This document shows, one piece after another, positions 48,301 through 60,566 of a stretch of DNA of 64,000 bases. The stretch comes from Ophelia neglecta (Eukaryota), in NCBI GenBank assembly GCA_965285935.1, contig OZ260666.1, positions 34,968,001-35,032,000 of the forward strand, written 5' to 3'. The notes under the pieces were generated by a model. The model did not search any database, was not told the DNA's origin, and saw only the letters and a program-made list of their open reading frames with translations. The translations under genes and the position numbers were made by a program. Each line of letters opens with the position of its first letter. The stretch's first letter is position 1.

Positions 48301-51300
48301 GACAATCCCTGACATGTCTCCCTGGTTAGCATCCACGAGCTCCATTAATATTCCAACTGGTCAATACTGACCAGCAATTGAGCTATCACTCCTTGTCCAG
48401 CAAAACAGGGGCCCAAATTATAAGCCTTCCCCACTTGTCCCTTGGCTCTGGTAGGTGGCCAAGAGGCAAAAAATGTTCTCTTGTACGTAGCCAAGAGGGT
48501 TAAATGTTGGTTGTGGTAGGTAGTCTAGAGGGTTAAATGTTGGTTCTGGTAGGTAGTCTAGAGGGTTAAATGTTGGTTCTGGTAGGTAGCCAAGAGGGTT
48601 ATATGTTGGCTTTGGTAGGTAGTCTAGAGGGTTAAATGTTGGTTCTGGTAGGTAGTCTAGAGGGTTAAATGTTGGTTGTGGTAGGTAGTCTAGAGGGTTA
48701 AATGTTGGTTCTGGTAGGTAGCCAAGAGGGTTATATGTTGGTTCTGGTAGGTAGTCTAGAGGGTTAAATGTTGGTTCTGGTAGGTAGTCTAGAGGGTTAA
48801 ATGTTGGCTTTGGTAGGTAGCCTAGTGGGTTAAATGTTGGCTTTGGTAGGTAGCCTAGAGGGTTAAATGTTGGCTTTGGTAGGTAGCCTAGAGGGTTAAA
48901 TGTTGGCTTTGGTAGGTAGCCTAGAGGGTTAAATGTTGGCTCTGGTAGGTAGCCAAGAGGGTTATATGTTGGTTCTGGTAGGTAGCCTAGAGGGTTAAAT
49001 GTTGGCTTTGGTAGGTAGCCTAGTGGGTTAAATGTTGGCTTTGGTAGGTAGCCTAGAGGGTTAAATGTTGGCTTTGGTAGTTAGCCTAGTGGGTTAAATG
49101 TTGGCTTTGGTAGGTAGCCTAGAGGGTTAAATGTTGGCTCTGGTAGGTAGCCAAGAGGGTTATATGTTGGTTCTGGTAGGTAGCCTAGAGGGTTAAATGT
49201 TTTCTTTTTATGACATTTTGAGAGAAGGTTATTTTTAAACTGAAGAAGACTTGGCTGACAACATAGGTGTCAGAACTGGCCATAAACTGATCAATATTCA
49301 GCAATAAATCTGTCTCCATAGAAACTTTGGTGGCTGATGACCCCAGGTCTGAGACTGACAGCCAGGTCCTTGTCGGCCCTGCACTGCCTCTAAATGGAGG
49401 CACTGCATCTAGCTGCCTCTAAGGAGCGGCAGACAGTGAAAATAGCTTCACGCACACTCTCATATGATGAACAATACAACAATATCTGCCAAGCTATTAT
49501 ACATGGTCATCAGTCCGGAAATTAATTCTCAAAATTGCATGCTGGGCGATAGTAGATCATTTTGGGGTCCCCAGAGTTTCCAGCAACAAGGGCTGGCCCA
49601 TGTACAGAACGTGGCGGCTTCTGCACTCTGAAGGCAAAGAAGTTATCTGGCCGACAGCCATAAGGAAGAAATCAAGGAGAAACTAGGGAAATAACCATGA
49701 GAGGCACTTCAGAAAAAAGAGCCTGCCACCAATCCATTAAATCCTACTCATGTTGCTCTCGCTTTCCATATAAAATCTAAATATGTTTTTACAAGGAAAT
49801 GCCAAGAGAAGAATCAAGCAGGTGAAGAGGGAGGCTGAAGAAAGCTTGCTGATACAGATATAATTGATTGAGCAACATGTCTAGGGGGCTACATCTAGGT
49901 AAATGCCAGCATTGATTTTTACAGCTAACGTGGGCTGGCTGGGATCGTGTAAAGTTACCCTAGCATGGACCCGCCGTATTACGATGAGAATATCTTGTGA
50001 AAATCCTTCCTGACACAAATACACTCCTCACCATCAATATGGAGGCCAAGAACGCTGGCGATAGCGGCTCGAAAAAGGTCGGCTAAATCGGCAAGAAAAA
50101 GGTGGTCCACAAGCGCTCAGCAAATCAATAGTTTGACAACTTTAACTTTGGCGAGATTGGTTACGGGTTGTGGGTCAATCATAGTGGGTAGGGGGCATAA
50201 TCACTCCATCAGTGTAATGGAGCCTAAGGCCGATACCATTCTCCACCTTCTAATACAAAACCTAATGACTGCTTCAATATCGCATAGTTACTCAGAAATG
50301 CGAGACGTGAGCCAGCGAAAGCTTGGCTGGAATGTCTTAGCAACAAGTTTGCATTTTCTCCTTTCTGCCTTCCATAGATTTCCACTTATCAGGCAAACCA
50401 AGGAGACTCACCGGAATGAAGTGGGCTATGTCTGGCACAATGTAGACACTGATATGATGGCATGCCTCCTGCAGAAAATTCTGATCAAAGATAATGGCTG
50501 GCTGGGTAGAGCGGCAAAATCACCTTGACAGGATGTGAGAATGAGCTAGAAAAAAAGCAACGCATATGATTTGGATGCCATTGTGGAGTGCTGTGCCATT
50601 TGTCAGCCTACTCATCAGGACCAGTCCATTGTCAGGTTAAAAAGCCCTGCAAATACTCAGAAAGCCTTAAACTACATGTGCACGGCCAGCTGATATGCAG
50701 AGACAGGTTAGGTAACAGCCCAGGAAAGCCGACTGCCAAGTAGGGAAATGGAGGCTCAACTGCTGGTGTATAGGCACAAGAGGAAATGGCGTGTGCATGA
50801 CATTTCCAACACACTCTCGCTGAGACAAATTTGAATTGCAAAGAAATTGCATTAGACAAACCAACTGTAAAACCTGTCTCTGGCAAATTGCACACGGGAC
50901 TCTGAGGGGACAACCAGCATCAGGCGAGAAAAACTTGATGAGATGGAGCAGAGAGAGATCACAGTTTAGGTGGGATGGTGGTGGGTCCAGCTAACAAGGC
51001 TAACAAGGCCTACAAGTCACCTGTCACCGGCTGAACGCTCATCATCAGGCCGCCCAATGTTTGTTACACTGGTTGTCATTGGGTAACAAACAAACCTGTG
51101 TCTCTTGCACTGCGCATGTCACCCATCACGCTACCATCATTATCATGATGAAATTAAAACAGGATCCCAGCCCACTGTGCAGGCCGCCCATTTATACATT
51201 GACAGGGCAGGAGAGGTTGACAGGCAGCCTTAATCTCCAAGTAAAATGAATGCAAAGCGAGCACTTGTTCTCCAACCCGGGCGCTGTCATCCGGAGTAAG

Positions 51301-54300
51301 GAGTCGGAGATAAGGAATGCCATTTCAGCTTGAATCAATAGGGCTGGCCACTAGCTTTCAAGGCAAAACAAAACACACACACTTCACAGATTATTGCATA
51401 TTGACAACACAGTAAAATAAAAGCAATGGCCCCAAGCCTGGCAAATCAAATTAGAATTTTTGTTGTCTAACAACCAAGCCAATAGTATTTCTAGCTAAAT
51501 GACCATAGTTATACAGTGGCAACTGTATAGCATTGCCAGCCATAGCAACTGTACCAGATAAACGGCTGAGGCTATAAACATCATCTACACTAAGACATCA
51601 TGCACACCAAATTTCCAAGCCAATGCATACTAAATGGCTACCAAAGAATTACCACATCGCATACTTATTACCTCCATAATTTGCTGGCTTCCGACTATGT
51701 ATTTCCTGATGCGATCCTATCATAAATCGTGCATGTGCCGGATGAATTGCTAAATCCAGGACCGAGAGACAAAAATTATCTGGCTAGATGCATCATGGGA
51801 AATGAGCCGTGGCAGCCATGGACATCACTCAACCCAGAATATGCATAAGACAATGATGTACTGTGAGTTATTTGTAACAAGGGCTGCTGCAGTTTACAAG
51901 TGTTGAATTGGGAAACGTGTGGCAAAGAGAGGTGATACAAGCCAGCAGCAAAGAGCCTCACCAGGGCAGGCCACAGGCCCAAGATGAATCGCTCCCTAAT
52001 TTGAGGTCTTCCATATTTCATGTGTTCTCCATTAAGGCTACTAAGCCTTAGTGGCATAAAACAATCCGTTTAGTAGCTCCTGTATACTTGTGAAGGAAAG
52101 TGGCCTATCATTTGGGACTGAGCAACACTTGGACCACTGACAACTTCTGTGCCATTTGTCACCTCAATATGCCAGCCGAAATAAACACTAACCACAGGAA
52201 ACTAATATAGAGGAGAGCATCAGCCAAAGTCAGCCAGTCCTACACAACAGGCAAAAACCCCGCTCCCCCCGGAGTCAGAGCATGACTGGACATAGAAAAG
52301 ACCCGCTAAGCAATTTCCACAAAATAACGATCACTCTGTTGACTCTAAGAGCCAAATTATTTGTTCACTGCTGGCATTTCTATGCGCTCCCAGCAGAATT
52401 CTGCAGATTAGCAGAGACAACCAATGCCATTCCGCTCCAAGATTTGATGTCCTACCAACAAAGCGTTGGTAGCCCTTTGCTACATCATGTCTGCTTTGAA
52501 TGGGGATACGCTGACAAAAGGGAGGCGTAGGTCAAGGCAAACTGTCTTCTCACAGAGCCAGCCCAAACCAAATGGAAGTGAGTGAAGAGGTTACATTTTT
52601 CATGACAAACACTCTAGACATTGAATAAACAATTCATTTTGCCAAACAGCCATCACCCAAACACTTCATTCAAAAACTCTCCCCAGCTACACAGCATGAA
52701 GGAAGTTAACTTGTCACCTCCTGTGTTTCTGAGAAGTGGCTATAAACCAGTATGTTTAGAAATCAGAACCACTGGGAGACAGGTTTGTGATGGGACCAGG
52801 AGGAGCTCTAACCATGCTCCCCCGCCTGAAACTGAACTAATGCCTGCCAGTTACAGGTAAACCATGAAATCCCACTTGAACTAATACCCCCATCAAACAC
52901 TGAACTTGGCCTACTAGTAACAGGTATAACATCTGAGGTCTATCACATCCCACCCTAAACTAGCCGTTTAGAAACACATGCCCCCTGCCTTTTGATATGG
53001 CTAGTTTATGTCGAGTAAACTTTACTCAGTGAAAAATGACACTGGAGATCTTGAAATATGACTTCGTCCCATGCTCATTCTATACTGTCTACCCACTTTT
53101 GCCATGGGTTGTGTGCGCTAAGGTTCCCAATGAGATCCCATCATCTGATATCCATCAACTCTCCCCTTCAACTGATCCGAGCCGGTCCAGAACCGACTCA
53201 GTTAGTCACGGCTGCTGTACAAGTTGACATAATTGCAGCTATTAATGCAATTTTAAGTTGAAAACTTTTGGCTAGATTTCTGCATACTCATTTTTTATGT
53301 AAACTTACTCATTTTTTTGGGGGGGGGGATAAGATTTTTATTTATTGCTTTGTCATAGTTTTCCCAAAAAACAATAGTGCAAAGAAAAATAAAATACAAA
53401 TAAAAGCAGAATTTTTCCTATAAAAATGCTTCAAGTGGTTTATTCATGACTTTTTGCCTTATTATCAAAGTTTCAAAAGAAAGAAAAAGAAGTTAAGTTC
53501 ATTCTAAAATGTGTTTGATTACTGTAAAAAAATACTTTTCAGACAGTCTAACTATTAATCTCTGTACAAGCACTATTTTGGCATAGAAGGTTCTACAAGG
53601 CTTATAAGAAGCCCAGTGCGGTACCTAATACATGGTTACCTTGCTGTCTTATTGTTACACATTAAGATTCAAGGGAGTGGTTTCCAACACAATGTAATTC
53701 ATGTTCTCACAAGTCAGTTTTTGATGCCAATTTTTTAATGAAGCTGACCATCACTTCTGCCTTGGTGCTGCAGCACACCAGTCCCACAATTCCCCCAGAT
53801 GACATAATATACTACTACCGCTGATAAGTAGTTCAATGTGAGAGTTTACAACCATATAACTATATGCGGAAAATATAAAACTTGTCATTTATATTTTATT
53901 GCCCTTTCCCAATAACATTATTTAAATTTTATGGCCCTTTCCCAATAACAAAGTGTGGGCGGCCTTTCCAATCAATAAATGTTAATCATGTGGCCTTCCC
54001 TACAAACTAAATTAGGTGCTTTTTTGTCCTTGATCATTTCGTCTGTTCATGTTGTGACTATTGAATTATCGGTTTTTGATGTAATTAGGGGTATTTTTTT
54101 ATTCTTTACTATAATCCATAACTTTATAGCAATTCTTTTAGGTAGATATCCAATCAACATCATTTTATTGTTTTTCTTTCTGTATCTGGAGAGAATTGAC
54201 CTACTGGCCAGCCTACATAAATCTACTTACTCTTGGCCAACGGCTGTTAATAATGTCTGTCTAACATGGTGTTTGCAAGTCCTGACTTTTATCGAGATAT

Positions 54301-55178
54301 TTTACTAATACTTAAAGAAAGATTTGTGAGACAGCACCTACACATATATAAAAGTTCTGGATTAGGTGTCCACAAAATGTTGCACAATAACTGCCATGCT
54401 GATATATCAACATTTTCTACCATCGCCCATGAGAGGACCATCCAATCTTGCTCTAAACTCAAATCATGTATGCCTGGTGCCCCCAAATGAAGTGTGCTTG
54501 GTGCACACAAACTAAGCGTGCTCTGTGCACTCTAACTAATTATGCTTTGCGCCCTCAAAGTCCCTGTAAGCTCGGTACCCTCCAACCTAGTGTCCCTGCT
54601 TGACATGTGCTAGATCACTAGAGCAAGCGAGAGGCGCTTGTTACAGCCCATCGAAATCCAATATGAACACCTTTAATCACTCATGAGAACGTCAGCCAGG
54701 ATAAGCCTCAGAAAACAATACTTGCTTTTACGCACGAGCCTGTCATCTGTGACAAAACCCAGGCTTAATCCATCATGGGGTGGGTGCTGCATGACAAGAA
54801 ATTAAATGGATTGAGCAGATAGAAATGACTTGCAGAACAGAAGAGGCGAGTTGAATGGCTATTTGATGGCTTGACAAAAAAAAAAGGGAAAACTGAGCAA
54901 GTGATGATAATGTTGGATGACAAATGAGTAAATATGAGACGACATGGCTTTTGAATTAGTGGGGAATTTCTTAGGAGCTAATGGCATATGTTTGACAAGA
55001 TTTATCACTTTTTTCCTAAATGTGATTACTAATGCCAACTCTTACTTAGCTTTGACTTGTTCCATTTTAAACTTTTACATATGTCTGTAGCACATTTTAT
55101 GCATAATTCAACATACTTGCAAGATACTTACTCATCTTCTGTTAGTGGTCTAAATTCTGCAGGATCTTCTGGGTATTG
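18109..55178 (-). CDS. CNOT4: CCR4-NOT subunit 4 (RING E3 ligase; RRM + C3H1 zinc finger), 15 coding exons in window, 5' RING exon(s) outside window
   Basis: Exons: 55178-55132, 40224-40135, 33378-33231, 31247-31083, 30730-30663, 28113-27907, 27770-27558, 26961-26853, 24052-23857, 22885-22757, 22317-22096, 21421-21261, 20997-20829, 19952-19887, 18350-18109. All have GT-AG boundaries with matching phases, total 2232 nt. Translation contains ENRKHLANVRVVQKNLVFVVGL, KASLGTTKYCS, DCMYLHELG, STDWQAAFGF, DDLGFDP, DWQDGLRALLPNINI, PPHW. Confidence 0.93.
19320..19457. other. Assembly gap (138 N), preceded by a short aataaatgggg tandem repeat
   Basis: N run; ~11-13-bp repeat at ~19270-19319 runs into the gap. 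Confidence 0.99.
19887..19952 (-). CDS. CNOT4: CNOT4 exon (CWSESNNAQDPAIVSSGNLAD)
   Basis: Conserved QDPAI motif; tttcatgtag / a|gtaagt; phase 1/1. Confidence 0.82.
20829..20997 (-). CDS. CNOT4: CNOT4 exon (KDWQDGLRALLPNINISFG)
   Basis: Conserved motif; ttcttcag / a|gtaaga; phase 0/1. Confidence 0.9.
21261..21421 (-). CDS. CNOT4: CNOT4 low-complexity exon
   Basis: tatttcag / cag|gtactg; phase 1/0. Confidence 0.75.
21481..21750. repeat. 19-bp minisatellite (gtaacatggcgagaggccW), ~14 copies
   Basis: Direct reading; explains the repetitive ORFs at 21386-21789. Confidence 0.97.
22096..22317 (-). CDS. CNOT4: CNOT4 exon (GFDPWDESAKALADMIEKE...)
   Basis: CAF40-binding-motif region; gcag / gtaagc; phase 1/1. 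Confidence 0.92.
22757..22885 (-). CDS. CNOT4: CNOT4 exon (IPVSSSTDWQAAFGF...DDDL)
   Basis: Conserved STDWQAAFGF motif; phase 1/1. Confidence 0.92.
23857..24052 (-). CDS. CNOT4: CNOT4 low-complexity exon
   Basis: atttcag / g|gtaagt; phase 0/1. Confidence 0.78.
25136..26907. repeat. 109-bp / 79-bp tandem array overlapping a CNOT4 exon end and splice donor (~17 units)
   Basis: 13 copies of acatacctg (minus cag|gtatgt) from 25223 to 26847; spacing 1624 = 12x109 + 4x79. Confidence 0.97.
26853..26961 (-). CDS. CNOT4: CNOT4 exon (QNNDHMINGSPTSSLQQLSHSVSPPLSTQVYSSTQQ)
   Basis: tgtttcag acceptor, cag|gtatgt donor. Phase 2/0 is required to join the 27558 exon to the 24052 exon. Confidence 0.8.
27558..27770 (-). 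CDS. CNOT4: CNOT4 low-complexity exon
   Basis: Open frame between tttttgtag and ag|gtgagt; phase 2/2 fits both neighbours. Confidence 0.75.
27907..28113 (-). CDS. CNOT4: CNOT4 exon (KHQEYEQKL... Ser/Gly-rich)
   Basis: Conserved KHQEYEQKL; phase 2/2 splice sites. Confidence 0.9.
28796..28905. repeat. 58-bp-period direct duplication inside a possible LINE RT relic
   Basis: acgtggcaggagg.cttccaatttcttttcaa.tctacgggggctgatttga occurs twice (28796-28847, 28854-28905). Confidence 0.9.
29534..29682 (-). repeat. ~150-bp dispersed repeat, copy 2 (inverted relative to 14176-14324)
   Basis: Direct reverse-complement match with few substitutions. Confidence 0.85.
30663..30730 (-). CDS. CNOT4: CNOT4 exon (DCMYLHELGEEAASFTKEEMQQG)
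   Basis: Completes the C3H1 finger; tttcag / gtaagc. Confidence 0.95.
31083..31247 (-). CDS. CNOT4: CNOT4 exon, RRM second half and start of C3H1 finger
   Basis: GPSASAYVTY...KASLGTTKYCSHFLRGAQCPKP; tttcag / gtaagt. Confidence 0.95.
32575..32828. repeat. Degenerate CA/CCA-rich simple repeat
   Basis: cacacacata/cccacccaca low complexity; source of spurious GVC-rich ORFs. Confidence 0.9.
33231..33378 (-). CDS. CNOT4: CNOT4 exon, RRM first half
   Basis: VVQKNLVFVVGLSQRLA...EYFGKFGKIHKVVIN.STSYAG.Q; canonical splice sites. Confidence 0.95.
39361..40104. repeat. 47-bp minisatellite, ~15-16 copies
   Basis: Unit tttgtgtactgatgtctattccccctaccatagagaacaccatatta; near-perfect copies. Confidence 0.97.
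40135..40224 (-). CDS. CNOT4: CNOT4 exon (LARIKKERRQKEVQRKQKAAENRKHLANVR), coiled coil
   Basis: tttttcag acceptor, ag|gtctgt donor; phase 2/2. Confidence 0.92.
43855..44043. mobile_element. Imperfect palindrome, probable Penelope-like element remnant
   Basis: Arms ~43855-43942 and ~43955-44043 are reverse complements with scattered mismatches. They contain gtttcggtc...cagg / cctgacga...gaa.c...aataaa, the pattern typical of Penelope pLTR ends. Confidence 0.55.
48135..48246. repeat. Two-copy ~58-bp direct duplication
   Basis: tgtgtgtgtattgacacttcccctcctcta...tagcc.atgtatc repeated. Confidence 0.85.
48487..49200. repeat. 33-bp minisatellite, ~21-22 copies
   Basis: Unit ggtaggtagYctagagggttaaatgttggYtYt. 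Confidence 0.97.
55132..55178 (-). CDS. CNOT4: CNOT4 exon (QYPEDPAEFRPLTEDE), linker after RING
   Basis: ttttgcag acceptor, ga|gtaagt donor; resembles recalled PYPEDPAVYKPLSQEE. Confidence 0.85.
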
Positions 55179-58100
55179 CTGCAAAAGAAGAAATAATCAT
55201 TAGTCAATGATAAAACACTGCTCAAACCATAGGGCATATAAAAAACAGATATTAGAACAAAGCATGGAGCTGCATGTGGGAATGAATGCTGTGGGCAGTA
55301 AGTGATGACACAAAGGTAGATAATTAGATCAAAAGTCTGACATGTACAAGTTGAGTGGATAATGAGCGGGGAGCCTAGGGTAGGCCACATACAGGTAAAT
55401 GCTTTGATGGCCAGGTGATTAATGAAGCTCAAGCCTTGACAAGAGAGTGGCCAGGGGAGAAGAGCAAACAGTTGTGACCTACCTGGGCCATAGACATGAC
55501 AAGCAAGCAACTCTTTCTTAATTACCACGCATTCTTGACTGGGCTGTATGCCAGTCCGTGCCTCCCCTTAAATGAATGCCTGAGCCAATTCTGTTGATCT
55601 GTGCGGTGGGAGCTAATGGCCGCTGGAGGGGAATATGGCTTATAGTTTCCTGACAATGGCAGAGGGCAGCCCCAATGAGTGGCAGAGCCGCAGGTGTTCT
55701 GCGAATGTGGCTGATAGAACCACAGACAGGTAGACAGCCCCTTATATACAACTAATCACAATATACATCACTAACTGCCCCACTGCAGCTCATTTTATTA
55801 GGCACATATCTTCAGCAATTTTGTCACAGAAATTAATATTTTGCTCTGCGTGTCTCTAGTCGAAGACTTGCAAGAAACGCATATAGATGAGAGCTCAGCC
55901 AGTAAACATCCCATTGCCACAGATATCCATCACACAAAATTGCAAATGCTGCAAACCTAATTGGTGAGGCCTTATATATTGGGATGGAGTTATTGAATAT
56001 TTTCAAGCTGATATTGCATGAATATTGCATAAAAAGGTAATAAACAAGAGCACTTGTTACAGATGTCATAAAATATCATAGCTTATGGCATCAAGGGGCA
56101 ACCTCTTCAAATTTGCCAGTTTGAGTATGTTTGGTGGTTCATCGGCCGGCTCACCTCCAGATCAAAGCCAGGGACTCCCAGATCACCATATCATCTTGTG
56201 TAGTCCCGTGGCTTTCCATAATTCACAATCAACAGAGACTTGGGAAATGGTTTGGTCTTCTTATCAGTCACTCTTTGTCTTTCAGAGAATTATTGCTTAG
56301 ACTAGTAGAAAACAATTGGAGCCGTTTTATTTGGGTTGGGGGAGTCCAAAAATATGAAGTGATACATGTTCTTGTGATGCATCCTGCAAGACTCCCATTC
56401 AAGGGATCAGCAGGGAAATGGCCTTAAAAACAGTTGGTGTTCTTTTTTTTAACAATGTGGACCATTTGTTCTTGTGTAAAATATTCCCATTTTGAGTCTT
56501 GTCTCCCTGAAGACATTTCATACCAAAGGATTAGAGGTTTTCATTCTCATCAGCTAGGGCAGACACTGACCCAAGAAACAAGGGAGTTCCATCTTCAAAG
56601 TAAAACCCATACAGATACATCACAATGACTGGCGACGGCCAACAACAGCATGCCAGACCATTCTGATGAGACAGGTATAAAACCAAGAGCCGAATTACCT
56701 TGAAATAAACGATAACGGCAGTGCACACTAATCAGACTCATATCTCTCAAATTAGATAAAATCTGGCAAAAGCCTCGAGCTCTTCACTCTTTGATCTCTA
56801 TGCTTCCTGGCTTAAGTGCTACACAGGTTAACAGTGCTCAGGTGTGCAGGGAAGAAATCAGCCAGGCAGGAATTACTCACAGGTGAGTGGAACATGCACC
56901 AGATTCAACTCATCTACTGCGCTGGGATGTTTTCAAACATTCCTTTGAGGCCTAAAATAATGCTAGACTTGTGTACAGCATGCAGTGTCGGCCCTGTCTA
57001 GGAGGGCCTTGGTAGCAGACAAGACCTTGAAATCTGCAGCAAACCTGCCTGCCTATTTGTCAAGGAACCAAAAGCTGCAGCAATACAGCTTCCTGAGGCT
57101 GTATATATCCAGACAATACAACTGTCCTGTCCGCCTGCCAGCAGGCAATAAATGGGCCCCAGACCAGAGTTGCACCTCAAGTGGATTAAGTGACAAAGTG
57201 CTCCTAGGGCAATACTCTTTCCGATCTACATCTCTGTCTGTATGGCCAATCAACAATAATTAAGACAATTTTCACATGGCAGATGACTCTGTTGCCCTTT
57301 TCACCAACAATGTGTGCAGGAATTGATGAAGGCAATGTAGTAATTAGCCGGGCAAAAGCCTGTAACTTGTACGTAATGGTTGAGGAGTGCTCCATCACCG
57401 CGGCCAGCCTCTGGGACCGTGGATACCACAGAATGTGCCAAGAGAGACACTACAATACTTAACTAAGCAACACTGAGCCTGTTCGCAGTCAACATCAAAT
57501 GCCAGCCATTTCAATAAGCTGACTTAGCTTGAAAAAATGTGTTAATTTAGGCAGTAACACATCATAATACTGCATTTATTTCATTTATGTAACGTTATCG
57601 CTCACCAAAAAGAGAAGGCCAGTAAACATATATATATATACATATATAAATAAATATCATCACTCAATTTAACTATATTTTTTTTACCATATGCTTTCCT
57701 GAATGTAACATTTCTATGTTTGAGTCCTGAGTTTTCAAAAGTCACGCATCCAATTAAGTAGCTAGTGAAAATTGACATACACACAACCAAAGGATGGTAC
57801 AAACTTCACAACATATTGGATGACCTTTTTATTTTGTTACAAGTTTTACTGAACTATTTATGAGACAGCAAACTAGGTTAATATAATAGTTTTTTTTTTC
57901 TCCAAGAGCAAAGTAAATGAATTCTTTGCCTTTTGGATTAATTTCCAGACATAATCTAGAAACAAGCCTACCCATTTCATATTTTATCTGCGATTTTCCT
58001 ATTTGCATTACTCAGGCAGAAGTTAAAAGTCGCTCCCCGGCATACTGGTGATCACTCAAAACAGTACAATGTCCATATTACCCAACAGGACGGATATCTT

Positions 58101-60511
58101 GGAGGTGACTTTTCGGCTTTTTTACTAGGACGGTACTAGGCGACATTACTATGCCATTTTAGTGATTTCTTTGGGAAGCCTGGTATTTTTTTTTAGGAGC
58201 ACAGCTTGAGAAGACATTACAGTGCCATTTCATGGGGCTAGGTAGATGAAATGGTTATTGCTTGCTGTTCATACTTGAAATTCACTTGCGTCACAGGCTT
58301 GATGAATGAACAGCACACTCACTGTTATCATATTAAACCCATCATTGCATATTACTTTGTGATTGATTTAGCTGTTCGATATTTTATCAAGCAACGTCTG
58401 CATGTAAAAATCAATGTGGGTTCGGGGTTAATGGCTGTGTTACTGATGGGCTGCACCGTCTGGACAGCGGAAAAAACCATCGGGCTTTGCAGCATAATCA
58501 AGGCTGTTAGGGCTAGTCATAATCAAGTGCTTTTGTCAATATACATCGGTTGATAAGCATGCCCGTGCGGTGGGTAAAGCCGGGCATGCTGTTTCGTATC
58601 TTTACATAACCTGCGAGCCTGAAGGCCAGCCTGATAAATTGCAGGGCATGAACGGCCACTCCATGAAGAATCAGCTTTTTACATCTGGCTTTGTTCGACG
58701 CCCATTAGGAAATTTGTTCTTGCTATAAAAAGAGACAATAGGTGGCTGACTGCTTACAGCGCACACCAGCTTTTAGTCCTCTGCTTTATACCTACATCCA
58801 TGGAGACAACAATTCCATCTATACCCGTGTTTTCTAATAAATGCCTCTTTTCTGTATGCATTATGTGCCTGAAAATAATTAATGCAGCAAAAATATTAAG
58901 CCTTCATGTGACGCTGGCTCCCAGCAACTGCATAGGCTAGAACTGGCACTTGAGAAGCCTCAGAACCACAGCTGAATAGCTTCTTTTAGAAGGATTCCCA
59001 ACATGGCTTTTAGCTTTGGAAATGACCGTTGAATATGCATGGCTTGGCTCCGGAGCCACTGCATACAGGTCTCCGATAGATTTTACAATTGAAAATGTTC
59101 CATTGGACAGCCTCATTGCACAGCTGTAGGGAACATATCAATTAGACACATGTTAGGAACTTTTGATGAGGTGTTTCTGTGCCTGGCCAAACTGTAACCA
59201 GTTTCCTACCTGAGCTCTGTATCTTCAAGTCATCCCCTCTGGCTTAAGCAGTATCCTTGAGGAAATGAGTTAATCTAAGTAACTTTCATTTGCAACGCCC
59301 TTAATTTGCTTTGATTCAGAGACATAGAAGGGGGTTTGGATTTTTGGGGCTTAACGACACATAGAAGGACCTTGTTGTGTCTATATCCCTCTAGGTATCC
59401 ATCTATTCTGGACCATTTATTCTGGAACATTTACTCATTGGACCGCTTATTTGTGGGACGTTTGTTCCCGGTCAATGGCTTTCAAAATCTTCTTGAGAAG
59501 ACCCTCCCCAAATAACAGAAGACAAAAAAATAACAAAATAATGTCAACAATAAAAATATAAAAGATCTATGAACCTGATATTCTAGAAGTAAAACAGTGT
59601 CAGGTGATCCGTATATGAAATAACAATCTAATGTGTCATTTAACATTTTCAAACCTAATTCCCTTTGCATGGCTCTCCCGTCATGTCAGAGGTGATAAAT
59701 ACAGTCATTATCTATAAATGTCAACAAGACATGATTATCGGTGTACTGGGCAGAGATACTAGTTTAATATTTATATCCCATGTGCCCGTGTCTGTGGGCA
59801 GGAGAATGGTCTGAGCTTAACCAATTCTGCATAGGCTGACTTTCTATATTTGACATAAAAGTGATCAAATACATGGATTTTGAAAGCACATTGAATGTAT
59901 TCGCCACAGATGTTGCACTATTAATATGTGTATTTGCACATATTTATGTATAACAGCTCTGTTTCTCAGGTAGAGCGGTCAATAGGGCTGGCCTGACTCC
60001 GATTGCCTGGGCTGTCACAACCTATTGTGGCAGACAATGTACACACTAATGGTATACACCTGAGTGCCTCACTTACCCAGTATTCCCGACTCCCCGATAT
60101 ATAAAGTCCCATTTTTCTTGACGCCCAATACATAAAGAGATACATTTAATACCCAGTGACAAGTACTGTACAACAGTTCATTTTCAGGACAAAAAATATA
60201 GAAAATCTGAATTTTAAATAGTTCACCGAACAAAACTTTAAATATTTACAGCATAGAGTCATGAAGGGTGTAATTTATTCATGAATTTGGTCTCAATTTT
60301 TTATGTGGAATCTAACTTTCTGGTCTAGTATCCAATTAAATTTTTAAATGAATTGCATGAGCCACAGTAGGTTAAAGGCATCTTTGTATAATTGATCAGT
60401 GGATCACTGGACCACTGGCCTGGAAGTGAAGCCTGTCTAACATGAACACAATGACCACACTATAGAGGGCAGTTTATGTCTGGTTAGAACAATGTGACAG
60501 CTGACCCAGCA

Positions 60512-60566
60512 GGATGCCGTGCGGGATGCCGTGAAGGATGCCATGCGGGATGCCGTGCGGGATGCA
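60512..60566. repeat. 12-bp tandem repeat (ggatgccgtgcg), ~4.5 copies
   Basis: Direct reading. Confidence 0.85.

Noticed and set aside
52388-52410. Sequence reminiscent of the CNOT4 RING (ICR.CW)
   Set aside because: Out of frame, in the wrong order relative to the 55178 exon and with no further similarity; the real RING exon is presumably beyond 64000.
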